Positions 53,385-64,000 of a DNA stretch of 64,000 nt are shown in pieces (the stretch's first letter is position 1; every line of letters starts with the position of its first letter). This stretch comes from Stegostoma tigrinum (taxonomy: Eukaryota), in contig NC_081370.1 of assembly GCF_030684315.1 (NCBI RefSeq), positions 22,698,267-22,762,266 of the forward strand. The letters run 5' to 3'. The position numbers and the translations under genes are program-made. Below the pieces are notes generated by a model. The model was not told the origin of the DNA. It saw nothing but the letters and a program-made list of their open reading frames with translations, and searched no databases.

Positions 53385-53600
53385 CTGGCAGGTTTTGCAG
53401 AGTGCAACAGACCACGAGGAAGCTTGCTACCCCAACTGCTGCGTACTGCAGGGCTCCTCTCAAGCAGTTCAGGCATGGACATATCATTTAAGCATCCTCA
53501 AGGCCATGTGCTAGATGGTTCTTGCTAGGTGTGTGCTGCCAGGGTTACAAACTGGAGTACTGAGATATGCTCAGCAGATAATCCTTGTCACCCCAAAGAC
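53385..53600 (-). mobile_element. Decayed PIF/Harbinger transposase C-terminal fragment
   Basis: LWGDKDYL (GDKGY catalytic motif) followed by PCLNCLRGALQYAAVGVASFLVVCCTLQNL. Confidence 0.7.
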
Positions 53601-55323
53601 AAGTTTGGTTTGTTTGTGTAGTTCAAATGCTGATGATACATTGAACTGACACTGAATGAAAACATTATGACTGCTGCTGAGGAAGCAGATATTTACTTGC
53701 ATGAGTCACTGTGTTTGATTGCCCACTTTTTTTTTGTTGCAATACATCTCTGAATTAACATGCATCTGTACTGCAATGCATGTACCTTCAATGACACCCT
53801 GCATCATGAGGAAGTTTCCAAACCTCTAGAAAACACATGCACGTTTTGCCTGTTTCGCTGTGGCAAGACAGCAAAAAGTAATCAGTTGCTTTAGCCAGGC
53901 CCTTGATGAATGTCTTTGTTCTGCACAGTACAGCAAACAGGGAGCTGTTGGAAATATCACCACCTCTAGCCTGGGAGAAGAAAGGCACACACACAAGTTC
54001 CTGCTTGCACTTTCCAACAATATAATCTTGCTCAGCTCTGAACCCGCGTCAGGTGGAAGAATTCAGTGAGGATGCTCTTAATGAAGCAGAGATGGTTGCT
54101 GCATTTTCCTTGCTGAGGTCCAGGCCGGAAAATTGCTCTCTAAACATTCTGAGTGGAGGTATGTCCTTCTGACAAGAGCTTTTCCCATTTCTCCTCCTTC
54201 CTTTTCTAGCAGTTTGTTTTAGTGTGGGTCCCCTCTGCCCATTCTCTTTTACACTGTAAACCAAGGGCAATACAAACTAACGCATTCCATTGGGGTAAGG
54301 GGTCTGTGCAGAGTAAAGTTCTTCAGCATGTACCACACCACTCAGCAACTTGAGTCTCTAGAATCATTGAATACTTCTACAATTGCAGCAAAAGCCTGAA
54401 GAAATCCATCAGTAATGGATTTGAAGGTAATTAATGATTCTTTTTAAATAGTGTTGGTGAGGGATCCTTCCTGTTATTGAAACATGCTCAGCTTTGTGAG
54501 CTTAACGTGGAGTGTTATTTGAAACATTGAGCTTCAATGCTGTAACACTGCCTTCAAAGCAGTATCACAAACCAATTTAAGTCACAATCTGCCTACTACA
54601 TAATCTTATGGCCGATACCATCTGTATCTGTGGGAACACCCTCGCCAAGAGAGTTCACAGGGCCACATGTGATATTGATGTACATGATGATGTAACAGTG
54701 GCATCAGCAGTCATGTGCAAGTCTAAGAGAGAAGAAATAGTCTGTGCCAGAGAGAGATGTGCTTACCTAATGAATGTTCTGCAGTGTAAATAAACAGGCC
54801 TTGCAGAACGCTACTGGAATCAGATCTCAGTCACTCCTGTAAGATAAAATCTTCCCAAATACAAAACAGGTCATAAATCACCTGATGAGACAAACAAATA
54901 CTATTCAGTACAGAACCAAACCAAAATAAACCATGTGCACCATTTTGGAGTCAAATTGGCCCCCATCTTGTTAAAGTGTAACACATCTGAATTTTGTGAT
55001 CACTATGCCTTTGGCCCTGATCATAAGTTCTGGATTATGGATATTGTTGGTGGAATTATGTATCATGAATTGACCTGCCCTATACTTGATGCCATTTCCA
55101 ACAATGTCAACACCAAACCTGATCTGTGAGTGCCAATGATTTGTTAAAATAAAGGTTTTGCTCTAGAAAAGAATACTGAGTTAAGAGCTGCCATGTGTTG
55201 TGCTGAATGCTTTGAATATCAAATGGGTATTTTGTTGAAAAGATAATTACGTTACTTAAAATCAGCCACATAGAATCAGGATATTCAGGCCTACTTCTCT
55301 TTGCTGATGTTTAAGCTTCACAT

Positions 55324-55637
55324 GTGACATGGGGCTCAGTGGTTACCACTGCTGCCCCACAGTGCTGGGGATGCAGGTTTCATTCACGCGATGGGTGACT
55401 GTCTGTGTGGAGTTTGCATATTCTTCCTGTGTCTGTGCGGGTTTCTGCCAGGTGCTCCAGTTTCCTCCTACAGTCCAAAGATGTCCAGGTTAGGTGGAAT
55501 GGCCATGCCCATCGTGTTCAGGGATGTGTGGGTTACAGGATAATGGGGTAGGGGGCTGGTCTGGATGGGTTGTTATTCAGAGGGTCAGTGTGGACTTGTT
55601 GGGCTAAAGGACCTGTTTCCACGCTGTGGGGATTCTA
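55324..55637 (+). mobile_element. HE1-type V-SINE
   Basis: Homologous to the other HE1 copies. Tail cctgtttccacgctgtggggattcta. Confidence 0.85.
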
Positions 55638-57439
55638 ATTGTTTCCTTCCACCCTAATTCACTTATCCTCTCAGCATAGCTTTCTGTTATTTTTGTTCAG
55701 CATCTTTTTAATTGTATATGTGCTATTTATTTCAACAACTGTTTGTGTAATAGGCTCCACATTCTAAACTCACTGCATTGCCATCCAACGAAGCAGTGTT
55801 AACCTGCAGAGACAACCACACAATCCCAATTAAGACAGTCTTAAAACAAGTAGCTTAGCAAATATGCCATGCATGGAGAGATAATATTGACAGGGTAAAC
55901 AAATTCACAAAGGCAGAAGTCCAAATCACAAGGTTGTAAGTCTTGTTTTTCCCTCGCAGTCCTTTTGATTTTCAAACAGTAAGATACTGTGGCTGGTATG
56001 ATAAGAGTCATTATTCAATTCAATGGTTGATCAGGTACTTTGGTCATTTCATGTGTGAGTTCTTCCTTTTGAGTTTCTAGGGTTTTCTATTTTCTCTCTA
56101 CATTGAGTGAAATAGAGACGGGGAGAGGGAGGATGCTGTTTGTAGACTGGTCTTTTTCTGATCTTGGTACTTACAACATTTAACACACTGCAGCTCAACC
56201 AATCAGAAACATGTTGACAGGCAGAATTTTCTGAGCTCGAGGTTCTTGGTACAGTTCAGTCTCAACTTTGGCCTCTTTTTGCTTCCAAAAAACAACACTG
56301 TATGTCACAGCTCACCAACAAACAACATTTGTTTTTCAAGGTGGAAAACAATCTTATTTTCCATTGAAGCATTTGAATTTCCATTTTACTGTATAGTCGC
56401 AAAAAATGAAAAATGTCTGGTTTCTTACGCTGGATATTTGTAAAGAAATTGACAGCTCTGAGCAAGATTTTAATTTATCTGCCTTAGTTAATGAGCTTAT
56501 GATGTTTTGAGGATGACACTGCAGGATATTTTAATATTCTGTGATTGTTAAATTGGAAAATGTCATGGTTCAGAACTGATCAATTTTCTACTTCTTAAAA
56601 ATTAAATTGTCAGTAAGCGTACTCTTGCTGATGCTTGGTAAGAACCTCGTTCAGGGTAAAACTTTTTCTATACTATTATCCAATTTTCCTTAACCTTACT
56701 TTGAAGCAGACCCACTGGACAAGAGTGATATTTCATTGTTTTTACAACAGCTGAGTGAGCTTTGCAGTTTGTTGAAAAAATATGATTGGGTCAGATGATG
56801 ACTCATTAATTCAGATATCAGTCGCAAAGGGAACATCACAGAATACACTCCTTCTGTTTGGCAGAGGTTGAGGGGAGGTTTCTCTTTTGTTAGGTAATAG
56901 TTCAGAAAGGGTTAATGTAGTAGACTGTACTAAGTTCCAGCAATCTAGTAATGTAATGTAGTCTGGTTGGTGAAACCATAAGTACATATGAAACTCAAAG
57001 GGGAAGGATGTGTCATCTATGTCTCTCAATAACAATGTCTACTTAGTTAATGTAATTTGTATCTAATTGCTATCGTCCAATAAATTACTTGTTGTCAAGA
57101 TAAGAACTTCCTTGTGTTAAGACTCACTGGTGGTGGGGAGCACTGGAATGAAGCGAGTGAGTGCTATACTGAGGAATATTTTATACCTATAAAATTCTAA
57201 GCATTTTTTAGGTGCTGGTAATGCTAACAAGTTTACTAGTATTTTCACTGTAGGTGAGAAGAACTTGCTTTGGATGAAAATACAATACATTCCTGGTGGG
57301 CTGGCTTACGCCCCAATGTTCATTATTTCTTCCAGCAGATTCCTGGGCCATTAGATCGAATTTCAGTTTACCAAGATTTTTATACATCCTCTCTTAAATG
57401 TAACCAACTAGAGATAATTTTTCCTACATTCTCTGTGTC

Positions 57440-57690
57440 TTGTAAATTTCTTCTTTTTCTCTCTAGTATCTGCCATCATGCCGCTTTTTACACTATTACC
57501 ACTTCTGTTATTAAAATATTTCCTGTTCTTCACCTGATGACGTTACATGTCATTCTCTTCTCTTTTCTTGTCTACATGATTTGCTCATTTTGCTCATTCT
57601 CTTCACAAATGTTGCCAGACCTACTTTCTCCAGCACTTTCTGTTTATAGTACAGATCTTCGGCATCCACAATATTTCACTCTTATTTTAC
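57440..57690 (+). mobile_element. Old PLE 3' UTR/terminus remnant
   Basis: cacaaatgttgccagacct...ccagcactttctgtttat...cagatcttcggcatccaca. A sister copy lies at 59805-59910. Confidence 0.55.
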
Positions 57691-58045
57691 TCATTCCGAT
57701 TATTCTTTTGAGAGTTTCCTCTGTAATATCTTGCACAGGTTTTTTTTGAAATATCAACATTTCTATCCTAGTGGTTAATATTCATGGATTTACCCTGTGT
57801 TGAGAGCATTTTCTGCTTCTGTTGCATTCTTTTGGAATGAACTGTTAAAACACTTGTAAGTCTTCCGGATAAACTGTGAAAAGGTATTATGAAGCACTGC
57901 TAAACTTACAGATAGGAGTGTCTTATTCACTGGAACATTGGCTTTCAATGTTATCGGGATTTAACCGCATTGCCATCAGTGCTCTAAGTTGGACATTTAC
58001 TTATCAAAAGCACTTTTGTAGGATAGCAGACTTGCCAAGCTCTGA

Positions 58046-58405
58046 TTTTTTTCTTTATTTGTTCATGGGATGAGGGTATTGCTGGATAGGCAGCATTTAT
58101 TGCCCATCTGTACTTGCTAGAGGGCAGTTGAGAGTTAACCACATTGCTGTGGATCTGGAGCCACATGTAGACCAGACCAGATAAGGATGGCGGTTTCCTT
58201 CCCTAAAGGGCATTAGTGAACCAGATGGGATTTTTCAACAATCGACAATGGATTCATGGTCATCATTTGACTCTTAATTCCGGATATTTATTGGATTCAA
58301 ATTCCACCATCTGCTACGGCGGGATTCTAACCCAAGTCCCCAGAACGTTATCTGGGCTTCTGGGTTAACAGTCTGGTGATAATACCATGAGGCTATCTCC
58401 TCCCC
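58046..58405 (-). mobile_element. SacSINE1-like tRNA-derived SINE, full length
   Basis: tRNA-like head, conserved core and LINE-like tail. Four copies in the window. Confidence 0.85.
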
Positions 58406-59804
58406 AAAAATGATAGTGAATTACCAAGTCTTTGATAAACTTGTTTCCCATAATGCATAAACTACATATATTATTTTATGATTAGTACAAACCCAAAGAG
58501 ATGTTTTTGCTTCGCAAGTCTTAGAGACTAAACAGCTGCATTGGGCCATACACTGACCATCCAACTTTAACTGAGATATGAGCCAATTTATAAAATTAAA
58601 ACATGAACAATTTACATTTAAATTATTTTTTTCCCATAATGAACTAAGCTATGTATTTCACAGAATGATGACTGCTGGACCAGTAGCAACAACATATTTG
58701 CCAGTTTGGTCATTCAGATATGTGTTTGGACTCCACTATTAGTTTAACTGCGCGCTCTTTTTCTGGTGGTCCCTTTTAAATGTATCATAGCATTTTGTAG
58801 ATGCCCATTGCTCTGAGTTGTACTCCTGTGCCCTCTAACATGGTGCATACAATTACCAGATGGAAAATATTAGTTCTGCTGAATAAAACATGGCACAGTC
58901 TTGCTGCTAACCAACACAGGTTGGATGAATCTGTCATTTAAGCAGCATGAATTTCTGTGGCCAATTCTATAATCCATGAGCAATGTGATACTAAACAAGG
59001 AATCTAGTGTTATCCAATCAGCCCTGGTCAGAAAATCCCCGTTTAGTGGAAGTGCTGCCAAACCTCCTCACTTTTGTGAAAGCAAACTGAAGCAGGAGCC
59101 AAAATGACACTTCATCCTTAGTTCATATATCTGTAGGCATCTGACCAATTTTAACACACACCACCTTTTTCTGTCAATGCTCGCATTGACCACCTCTGAG
59201 CTCTCTGTGCTTTTAATCTTTCTTTCACCTAATTATAGGGAGAAATTGGGGGGTGACATTTAAAGAAAGAATGGTTAAGGGTCTGTTTCCATGCTGCACA
59301 TCTCTATGATTCTATGACTCTATGAGTTGAGAAACACAATTAACATGCATGATGATCTGCCCTGAATGTCAAAAGCTGGTCTCTCATCAAGTCTTATGCT
59401 ATCGTAAACAAGGTTTTTTTCTCCTCAGTACAGTTGTTGCTCTGGTATCACGAGCTGACAGGTTCAAATTAACTCTACTTTAACTATGTACAGTATTTTT
59501 TGAAATGTAGTGCACTGGAATAGGCATTAACAGATCATTAACAAATGGCAATCTAGGATCTGTTCTTATCACAATTTGCACTGATCCAAAGTGATTTCAT
59601 CTTCACACCAGTAACTCTGTAATCCTGTACAAACTTTAAGTTCAATATTCAGTGATTATTCATCCAATGCTCTAAAAACCTTTCATGCTTAATTTTATTT
59701 TTTTTTCAGTTTCAGTGGAGTGTTGTTTGCCTACTATATGAATAGTCATATTCATATGACTGTTCTTCATATGTATATGAAGAATAGTCATATTGGATGC
59801 AAAA

Positions 59805-59910
59805 CAGTGACTGTTTCTCTCTTCACAAATGTTGCCAGACTTACATTCTCCAGCACTTTCTGTTTATATTACAGATCATCAGCATCCACAGTATTTCACT
59901 CTTACTTTAT
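59805..59910 (+). mobile_element. Old PLE terminus remnant
   Basis: Near-match to 57595-57690. Confidence 0.55.
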
Positions 59911-61091
59911 GCCCATAGAGAGGTGGAATGGATTCATTGGTAACTGTCTTGCCACTGAGCTGGAAGGCTCTGTGTTTTAAGTCCCACTGCTGTGAAAGAA
60001 CCCAGCTATTTGCAAGTGAGTATGTATTGGTGCTGGTCAACAAGCCAGATAAGAAATTTAGTGGTAAGTGGGGTATCTTGCTGAAAAACTACCTGGCAAT
60101 CCAAAATATAGTTGATGTGATAATGATGAGCAAGTATAACATGGGAAAAGCCAACAGAGAAATGAAGAAATAGTACCTGGTGAATTCAGCTTGACATTTG
60201 CTCTGAAGAACCTCCATGTTCAACATGGTCAAAACATCTCATGGCACATTCCATTGGCATCATCCAGCCAGACACCACATCCATGGACATTGGCACCTGG
60301 TATGTACCAATCTCTAAAAACACTCATGGCACATCTCCAATCCACTTACAGGCCACTCCTATGCATTCAGAACTGTACTTGGGGCTGCACCAGCAATGAT
60401 CATTGCAATGCTGCTCCAATGATCCTCTGGTTCAGCTCATGGACTGGAACAGGCTGCATCTCTGAGCTTTTCATTCATTGTCATAGTACTCATTCAGTCT
60501 TATCACTATCTGGATGCTGCAAGTACCATGTTTCTGTTTTTTTTATTTTTGTGTCTTTAAAAACTGTTGACAGTAAAGGAAAGAAACTTTTTTTTCATAA
60601 GAAAACAGGGATTTATCTGGATTGCTGCATAATTTCACAGCAAGGAATTTGATATCTGTTGTAAACTCTCCCTTTGTGGTTGTATGTCCCTTCCATATGC
60701 AGATGATCAAAGCTGGGGAGTTGTTTACAAGTGAAGATGGTTGGTTCAAAACTAATTGAACAGGTTGGAACGGGAATCAAGTAACAGAGGTGCAGGCATA
60801 GAATGGCAGAGAGAGACACTGAGAGACTGTGTATGCAGTTGTTCCCCATAGCAGAAGCTGCCTGTTCTTTGCAGTAAAACAGAACTCAGTTTATACTTGA
60901 AGAAAATTAGGTACCTTTCTTGAAGCAGTTTCTGGAATCAAATTGACAAATTCTAGTGAATCAGCCACCCTATTACTTACAAACCATTGGAAGCTCCTGG
61001 AGAACGAAAACTAAACACTAAGGGCTTGGCCAGTGAAGATGGATCATTTAGATGTTGGGATTGGGAAGCAATGATGCACTGAACTGTATTT

Positions 61092-61294
61092 GTTATGTCC
61101 CGCTTTCTATTTATCTGTTTAGGTTTCCTTGGGTTGGTGATGTCATTTCCTGCATTGGTGATGTCATTTCCTGTTCTTTTTCTCAGAGGGTGGTAGATGG
61201 GCTCCAAATCAATGTGTTGATGGAGTTCCAGTTGGAATGCCATGCTTCTAGGAATTCTCATGCGTGTCTCTGTTTGGCTTGTCCTAGGATGGAT
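61092..61294 (-). mobile_element. Fragment of a third PLE family (Poseidon/Penelope-type EN C-terminus)
   Basis: SILGQAKQRHA*EFLEAWHSNWNSIN followed by HIDLEPIY, with a 21 bp tandem duplication (ttggtgatgtcatttcctg). Confidence 0.65.
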
Positions 61295-61438
61295 AGAAAA
61301 AAACAGTTATTGTTTCGGGTCCGGTGACCCGTCCACAGAACAGAGGAAAGGTCACCAGACCCAAAACGTTAACTCTGTTTTTAACCTTCACAGATGCTGC
61401 CAGGCCTGCTGAGCTTTTCCAGCAACTTTGTTTTTTTC
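61295..61438. mobile_element. Inverted pair of PLE family B HHR-bearing termini
   Basis: 61295-61341 is on the minus strand and 61342-61438 on the plus strand. They meet at the CTGAnGA cores. Confidence 0.8.
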
Positions 61439-61819
61439 TTCTGAAACTAAATATTGATGCAACTCACAATTAGCCAAAACATTTCAGACTCAGTCCAGTA
61501 TTGTCTGTTATTGTACATGTACAGAAGTGTTTCAAAGTGTTGGCCAAAAGAAATACATGGTGAGAGGAATAGCTGTAATCTTTATTATGTGGATGCATTT
61601 TAAAGAGGAACCTTGAACAGGAGAAAGAAATAGATGGGTTTTAGAAGGAAATTTTAGAAGATGGACCGTCAATAGAAGAAGACTCAGACATCTCTCCGAA
61701 AGACAATAATGGCTCACATGTTCAAATCAGAAAAACAAAAATGAGAGAATTCTGCGATAATAAAATGTGAGGCTGGATGAACACAGCAGGCCAAGCAGCA
61801 TCTCAGGAGCACAAAAGCT

Positions 61820-61847
61820 GACGTTTCGGGCCTAGACCCTTCATCAG
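61820..61847 (-). ncRNA. Minimal type I hammerhead ribozyme core
   Basis: CTGATGA-A-GGGTC-TA-GGCCC-GAAAC-GTC. Confidence 0.75.
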
Positions 61848-63150
61848 AGAGGGGGATGGGGGGAGGGAACTGGAATAAATAGGGAGAGAGGGGGAGGCGG
61901 ACCGAAGATGGAGAGCAAAGAAGATAGGTGGAGAGGGTGTAGGTGGGGAGGTAGGGAGGGGATAGGTCAGTCCAGGGAAGACGGACAGGTCAAGGAGGTG
62001 GGATGAGGTTAGTAGGTAGCTGGGGGTGCGGCTGGGGGTGGGAGGAAGGGATGGGTGAGAGGAAGAACCGGTTAGGGAGGCAGAGACAGGTTGGACTGGT
62101 TTTGGGATGCAGTGGGTGGGGGGGAAGAGCTGGGCTGGTTGTGTGGTGCAGTGGGGGGAGGGGATGAACTGGGCTGGTTTAGGGATGCAGTGGGGGAAGG
62201 GGAGATTTTGAAACTGGTGAAGTCCACATTGATACCATATGGCTGCAGGGTTCCCAGGCGGAATATGAGTTGCTGTTCCTGCAACCTTCGGGTGGCATCA
62301 TTGTGGCAGTGCAGGAGGCCCATGATGGACATGTCATCAAGAGAATGGGAGGGGGAGTGGAAATGGTTTGCGACTGGGAGGTGCAGTTGTTTGTTGCGAA
62401 CTGAGCGGAGGTGTTCTGCAAAGCGGTCCCCAAGCCTCCGCTTGGTTTCCCCAATGTAGAGAAAGCCGCACCGGGTACAGTGGATGCAGTATACCACATT
62501 GGCAGATGTGCAGGTGAACCTCTGCTTAATGTGGAATGTCATCTTGGGGCCTGGGATGGGGGTGAGGGAGGAGGTGTGGGGACAAGTGTAGCATTTCCTG
62601 CGGTTGCAGGACTGCACCTCCCAGTCGCAAACCATTTCCACTCCCCCTCCCATTCTCTTGATGACATGTCCATCATGGGCCTCCTGCACTGCCACAATGA
62701 TGCCACCCGAAGGTTGCAGGAACAGCAACTCATATTCCGCCTGGGAACCCTGCAGCCATATGGTATCAATGTGGACTTCACCAGTTTCAAAATCTCCCCT
62801 TCCCCCACTGCATCCCTAAACCAGCCCAGTTCATCCCCTCCCCCCACTGCACCACACAACCAGCCCAGCTCTTCCCCCCCACCCACTGCATCCCAAAACC
62901 AGTCCAACCTGTCTCTGCCTCCCTAACCGGTTCTTCCTCTCACCCATCCCTTCCTCCCACCCCCAGCCGCACCCCCAGCTACCTACTAACCTCATCCCAC
63001 CTCCTTGACCTGTCTGTCTTCCCTGGACTGACCTATCCCCTCCCTACCTCCCCACCTACACCCTCTCCACCTATCTTCTTTGCTCTCCATCTTCGGTCCG
63101 CCTCCCCCTCTCTCCCTATTTATTCCAGTTCCCTCCCCCCATCCCCCTCT

Positions 63151-63178
63151 CTGATGAAGGGTCTAGGCCCGAAACGTC
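63151..63178 (+). ncRNA. Minimal type I hammerhead ribozyme core
   Basis: CTGATGA-A-GGGTC-TA-GGCCC-GAAAC-GTC. Confidence 0.75.
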
Positions 63179-64000
63179 AGCTTTTGTGCTCCTGAGATGC
63201 TGCTTGGCCTGCTGTGTTCATCCAGCCTCACATTTTATTATCTTGGAATCTCCAGCATCTGCAGTTCCCATTATCTCTGAGAGAATTCTGCAATGTTTTT
63301 CTTAGCTCTGAGTGGAGTTCAGGCGTAACTAATAAAAACCTTCCTTGTACTAGTGGCTGTTTGTTGCTCCCTTTCTCAGGAGACAGCAGTTATCACCAAT
63401 AAGTGGTTTTCATTTTTGATCTTTTGAATAAAAATGGTTTTGTTGTTTCGGTATTTTTTGCAGACCATGCTCTTTCTTTTATTCTTAGTGATAGAGAACC
63501 ACCTGTCCTTTTGCAATGCGGCTTATTTGGAGACAGATTGAGGGGAACAATTCCTTTTAACAGCTGCTGGAGTCATTTATACAGCCATTTCTAGAGGCAC
63601 AGAACCATTATCTCGATACAACAGACTCTTTCCCCATCTTTCCACAACAAACACTTACGCCTTCCACATGCATTCTCTGTAAACTAGTTTCTTGCATCAT
63701 AGGATAAGAAGAGAAACCTTGCAGTCAATCCATCACTCCCCTCCTATTTGTACCTGGCCACTCCATGTAGCCTCCATGCAGCATTATTCCTCCACATGCC
63801 TCTGAGCATAATGGTGCCTTATTTTTATTATCTTTACCTAAGATAGACAGAAGTGTGCAGATTGTTTTTTGAGATGTTGCTGCCACCCCAGGCACTTATT
63901 CACCAAGGCTGAATGTTTAAAGAAATGTTTAGCATCCACTGTGCAGTGTATACAGAAACTGCCATAAATACAGTGATTTGTGGTCACATTTGATGACACC

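Larger units (their letters stand above)
61756..63277. mobile_element. Young PLE family A foldback insertion (632 bp inverted arms, 223 bp spacer), 14 bp TSD
   Basis: 61756-62387 is the reverse complement of 62611-63242. tgagagaattctgc at 61742-61755 and 63278-63291. Encodes a GIY-YIG EN on the minus strand. Confidence 0.95.

Noticed and set aside
25433-55637. tRNA-like A/B boxes suggesting tRNA genes
   Set aside because: They are heads of dispersed SINEs and are followed by V-domain or core sequence and LINE-derived tails.
1-64000. CRISPR arrays, prokaryotic operons, retrons or defence systems
   Set aside because: The sequence is eukaryotic repeat-rich DNA. The recurring short repeats are dispersed retroelement termini, not regularly spaced arrays.

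Overview
Repeat-dense, AT-rich vertebrate genomic DNA, very probably intronic or intergenic sequence from a cartilaginous fish (shark). This is inferred from HE1-type V-SINEs, SacSINE1-like SINEs and CR1/HER1-type LINE fragments. I recognise no host protein-coding exon. The dominant content is Penelope-like retroelements (PLEs; RT + GIY-YIG endonuclease) of at least three families. Two of these carry minimal hammerhead-ribozyme (HHR) cores in their 3' terminal repeat (pLTR). The copies form a size series with shared architecture: a 2.8 kb RT-EN copy with an inverted pLTR, a 1.5 kb near-perfect foldback with 632 bp arms, and 90-210 bp mini-elements. Many are flanked by 9-16 bp target-site duplications. 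The inverted copies show a ~35 nt tail on only one arm, and several breakpoints cluster at the ribozyme. Also present are decayed CR1, L2, Harbinger and possible Gypsy remnants. Family names come from motif recognition, not database searches, and boundaries of old repeats are approximate.
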